A stretch of DNA of 28,300 nt. It comes from a candidate division WOR-3 bacterium. GTDB taxonomy: Bacteria > Hydrothermota > Tepidihabitantia > Tepidihabitantales > Tepidihabitantaceae. The notes under the pieces are model-generated. The model made no database searches. It saw only the letters and a list, made by a program, of their open reading frames with translations, and was not told the origin of the DNA. Shown piece by piece: positions 25,868 to 28,300 of this stretch (position 1 is its first letter; each line of letters begins with the position of its first letter). A program made the translations under genes and the position numbers. The DNA lies in the NCBI GenBank assembly GCA_965649205.1, contig CBFGJV010000024.1:1-28300 (forward strand), in the 5' to 3' direction.

Positions 25868-26818
25868 GTGAAGACCCAATTTGTCAAATCGCTGAAACCT
25901 GGAATGCAGGTGGACGACGTGTTCTTTTGCACCCGTCGGGATGTAAAGGAACGTCGCGACGGAGCTCCTTTTCTTACCTTTGAGTTTCAAGACCGCACCG
26001 GGCGTGTCTCGGGCATAATGTGGGACAGGGTAGATGATGCCCTGCGTTGTGTTGAACCCGGCGGATTCTACCGTGTGGTCGGCAAGATGGGCGACTATCA
26101 GGGCAAACCTCAGCTCACAGTCAGTGTCATCTATCCGGCCGACCCGACCGAAATTCACCGGGAGGATTTTTTGGCCACCAGCCGGTACAATCGGGAAGAA
26201 CTGCTGGCTGAATTACGCACTTACATCTCCGCGGTAAAGAACGAGTATTTGTCCCGACTGCTAGCCGCCTTCTTCGACGACCACGAATTCGTAAACCGCT
26301 TCGCCAATGCACCCGCCGCCGCCCAGGTCCACCACGCCTGCGTCGGCGGCTTGTTAGAACACACTGTATTTGTCTGCCGGCTGGCTCAACACATTCCCGA
26401 TATATATGAGGAAATAGACCGTGATCTGCTGCTCACCGGCGCAATTCTCCACGATGTAGGCAAAACAGATGAGTACCACTACGATAAGGCGATAGACCAT
26501 ACCTGGGATGGCAGACTTCTCGGACATATCGTCATGGGTTATGATATGGTGCGAGCCAGGATTGACTCTATTCCCGGGTTCCCGGAGGAACTGCGCCGTC
26601 TGGTCCTGCACATCATTCTCGCCCATCACGGCCAGCTGGAATTCGGCTCGCCCCGTTCTCCCAAGTTCGCCGAAGCTCTCATTGTCCATTTTCTTGACAA
26701 CCTGGACGCTCGGGTAGCAATGTTTCGCGAGGCGGTCGCCGACAACCAGGGAACAAAATGGACCGACTTCCACAAGTACTTGGAAACCAACATTTATATC
26801 CGCGACCCTTTGGAATGA
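25868..26818 (+). CDS. yhaM: 3'-5' exoribonuclease YhaM/Cbf1 family (OB fold + HD domain)
   Basis: FQDRTG..SGIMW OB fold; APAAAQVHHA..GGLLEH, LHDVGK, G.LLGHI, ILAHHGQLEFGSP, DNLDA. Confidence 0.9.
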   Translation: MKTQFVKSLKPGMQVDDVFFCTRRDVKERRDGAPFLTFEFQDRTGRVSGIMWDRVDDALRCVEPGGFYRVVGKMGDYQGKPQLTVSVIYPADPTEIHREDFLATSRYNREELLAELRTYISAVKNEYLSRLLAAFFDDHEFVNRFANAPAAAQVHHACVGGLLEHTVFVCRLAQHIPDIYEEIDRDLLLTGAILHDVGKTDEYHYDKAIDHTWDGRLLGHIVMGYDMVRARIDSIPGFPEELRRLVLHIILAHHGQLEFGSPRSPKFAEALIVHFLDNLDARVAMFREAVADNQGTKWTDFHKYLETNIYIRDPLE

Positions 26819-26880
26819 AAAACAAGAGAGCTACACCGCTCTTACTGTCTCAAGACAAATTCTTGAGCTGACTGCTCCCG

Positions 26881-27525
26881 GTGCCTGACCTGGATCATTC
26901 TGCCCTCACTGCTGCCTGTCAGAAATTGGGATTGGATCTCACTGAATCCCAATTGACTCTGCTGGAATCCTATGCCGCGTTGCTGCGGGAATGGAATCGC
27001 CGCATTAACCTTATCTCCCGTCAGGACACCGAGCGTATCCTCTCCTACCATGTCGTTGATTCCTTGGCCGTATCCCGTCTCATTCCGGCACGCGCTTGTA
27101 CTGCTGATGTGGGTTCTGGTGCCGGACTGCCGGGATTACCTTTAGCTGTCGCGCGACCTGACTTGGAGATGCTACTCATCGAGTCCTCGCATAAGAAGTG
27201 TCTGTTTCTTGAAACTGCTGTGCGTACACTGGAACTTGGCAACGTCCGGGTCATCGAGAACCGAGTCGAAACACTGGAACCGCTGAATTGCACCGTCCTG
27301 CTTTCGCGACTCACCGGCCCGCTTCCCCAACTCCTGAAGCAGACGCGTCGCCATCTCGCCACGAGTAGCAGGCTTATTCTTTTCAAAACCCCAAATAGCA
27401 GCACAGAACTGCAACAGAACAGAAAATTGCTGGAACGTTACGGTCTAGTTCTGCTTGAAAGCGACGATGTTTCCCTGCTCCTGACAGGTATAACCCGACG
27501 ATTCATTCTGCTGGGCCGAACCTAG
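26881..27525 (+). CDS. rsmG: 16S rRNA (guanine527-N7)-methyltransferase RsmG (GidB)
   Basis: LLREWNRRINL, HVVDSL, DVGSGAGLPGLPLA, LIESSHKKCLFL, RVE. Confidence 0.95.
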   Translation: MPDLDHSALTAACQKLGLDLTESQLTLLESYAALLREWNRRINLISRQDTERILSYHVVDSLAVSRLIPARACTADVGSGAGLPGLPLAVARPDLEMLLIESSHKKCLFLETAVRTLELGNVRVIENRVETLEPLNCTVLLSRLTGPLPQLLKQTRRHLATSSRLILFKTPNSSTELQQNRKLLERYGLVLLESDDVSLLLTGITRRFILLGRT

Positions 27526-27528
27526 AGC

Positions 27529-27562
27529 AAAACAAAAAAGAAGGCCCACCCCGAGCCTTCTT
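27529..27562 (-). terminator. Rho-independent terminator downstream of 16S rRNA (possibly also used by rsmG)
   Basis: Minus strand AAGAAGGCTC-GGGGT-GGGCCTTCTT followed by TTTTGTTTT. Confidence 0.8.
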
Positions 27563-27629
27563 CTTTGCATCAGGGCCGGATGTAACTATTCAAGCATGTC
27601 CGGGTCGTGCGAGTCTCTTGGAGTCTCTT

Positions 27630-28300
<671 letters not shown>

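Overview
Bacterial chromosomal window that is mostly housekeeping genes plus cell-envelope genes. The lineage is probably diderm and FCB-related; candidate division WOR-3 is my inference from protein style. Left to right: (1) a giant secreted protein on the minus strand, missed by the ORF track because it runs off the window (>1280 aa: PQQ-like propeller, Ig/IPT domain, exact 300-bp FN3-like tandem repeats, kelch-like propeller), preceded by a structured leader and a uORF; (2) a four-subunit 2-oxoacid:ferredoxin oxidoreductase operon converging on sucCD; (3) an operon of four lipoproteins (CsgG/FlgO-like, LPP20/FlgP-like, FlgT-like, DUF4249-like); (4) a divergent Zn-ribbon/HNH gene with a degenerate metal site; (5) an orphan V-ATPase subunit D-vanZ-hisS operon; (6) a gingipain-like C25 protease with a C-terminal FlgD/T9SS-type domain; (7) yebC-ruvCAB; (8) a PorV-like barrel, yhaM and rsmG; (9) the 3' part of a 16S rRNA gene that is followed by a terminator instead of tRNA/23S. 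The best candidates for something new are the FlgO/FlgP/FlgT-like lipoprotein operon without flagellar genes, sigma70-type promoters with a consistent 16-bp spacer (8 of 9) and several leaderless starts, and the unlinked 16S gene. I saw no CRISPR array, tRNA or mobile element.
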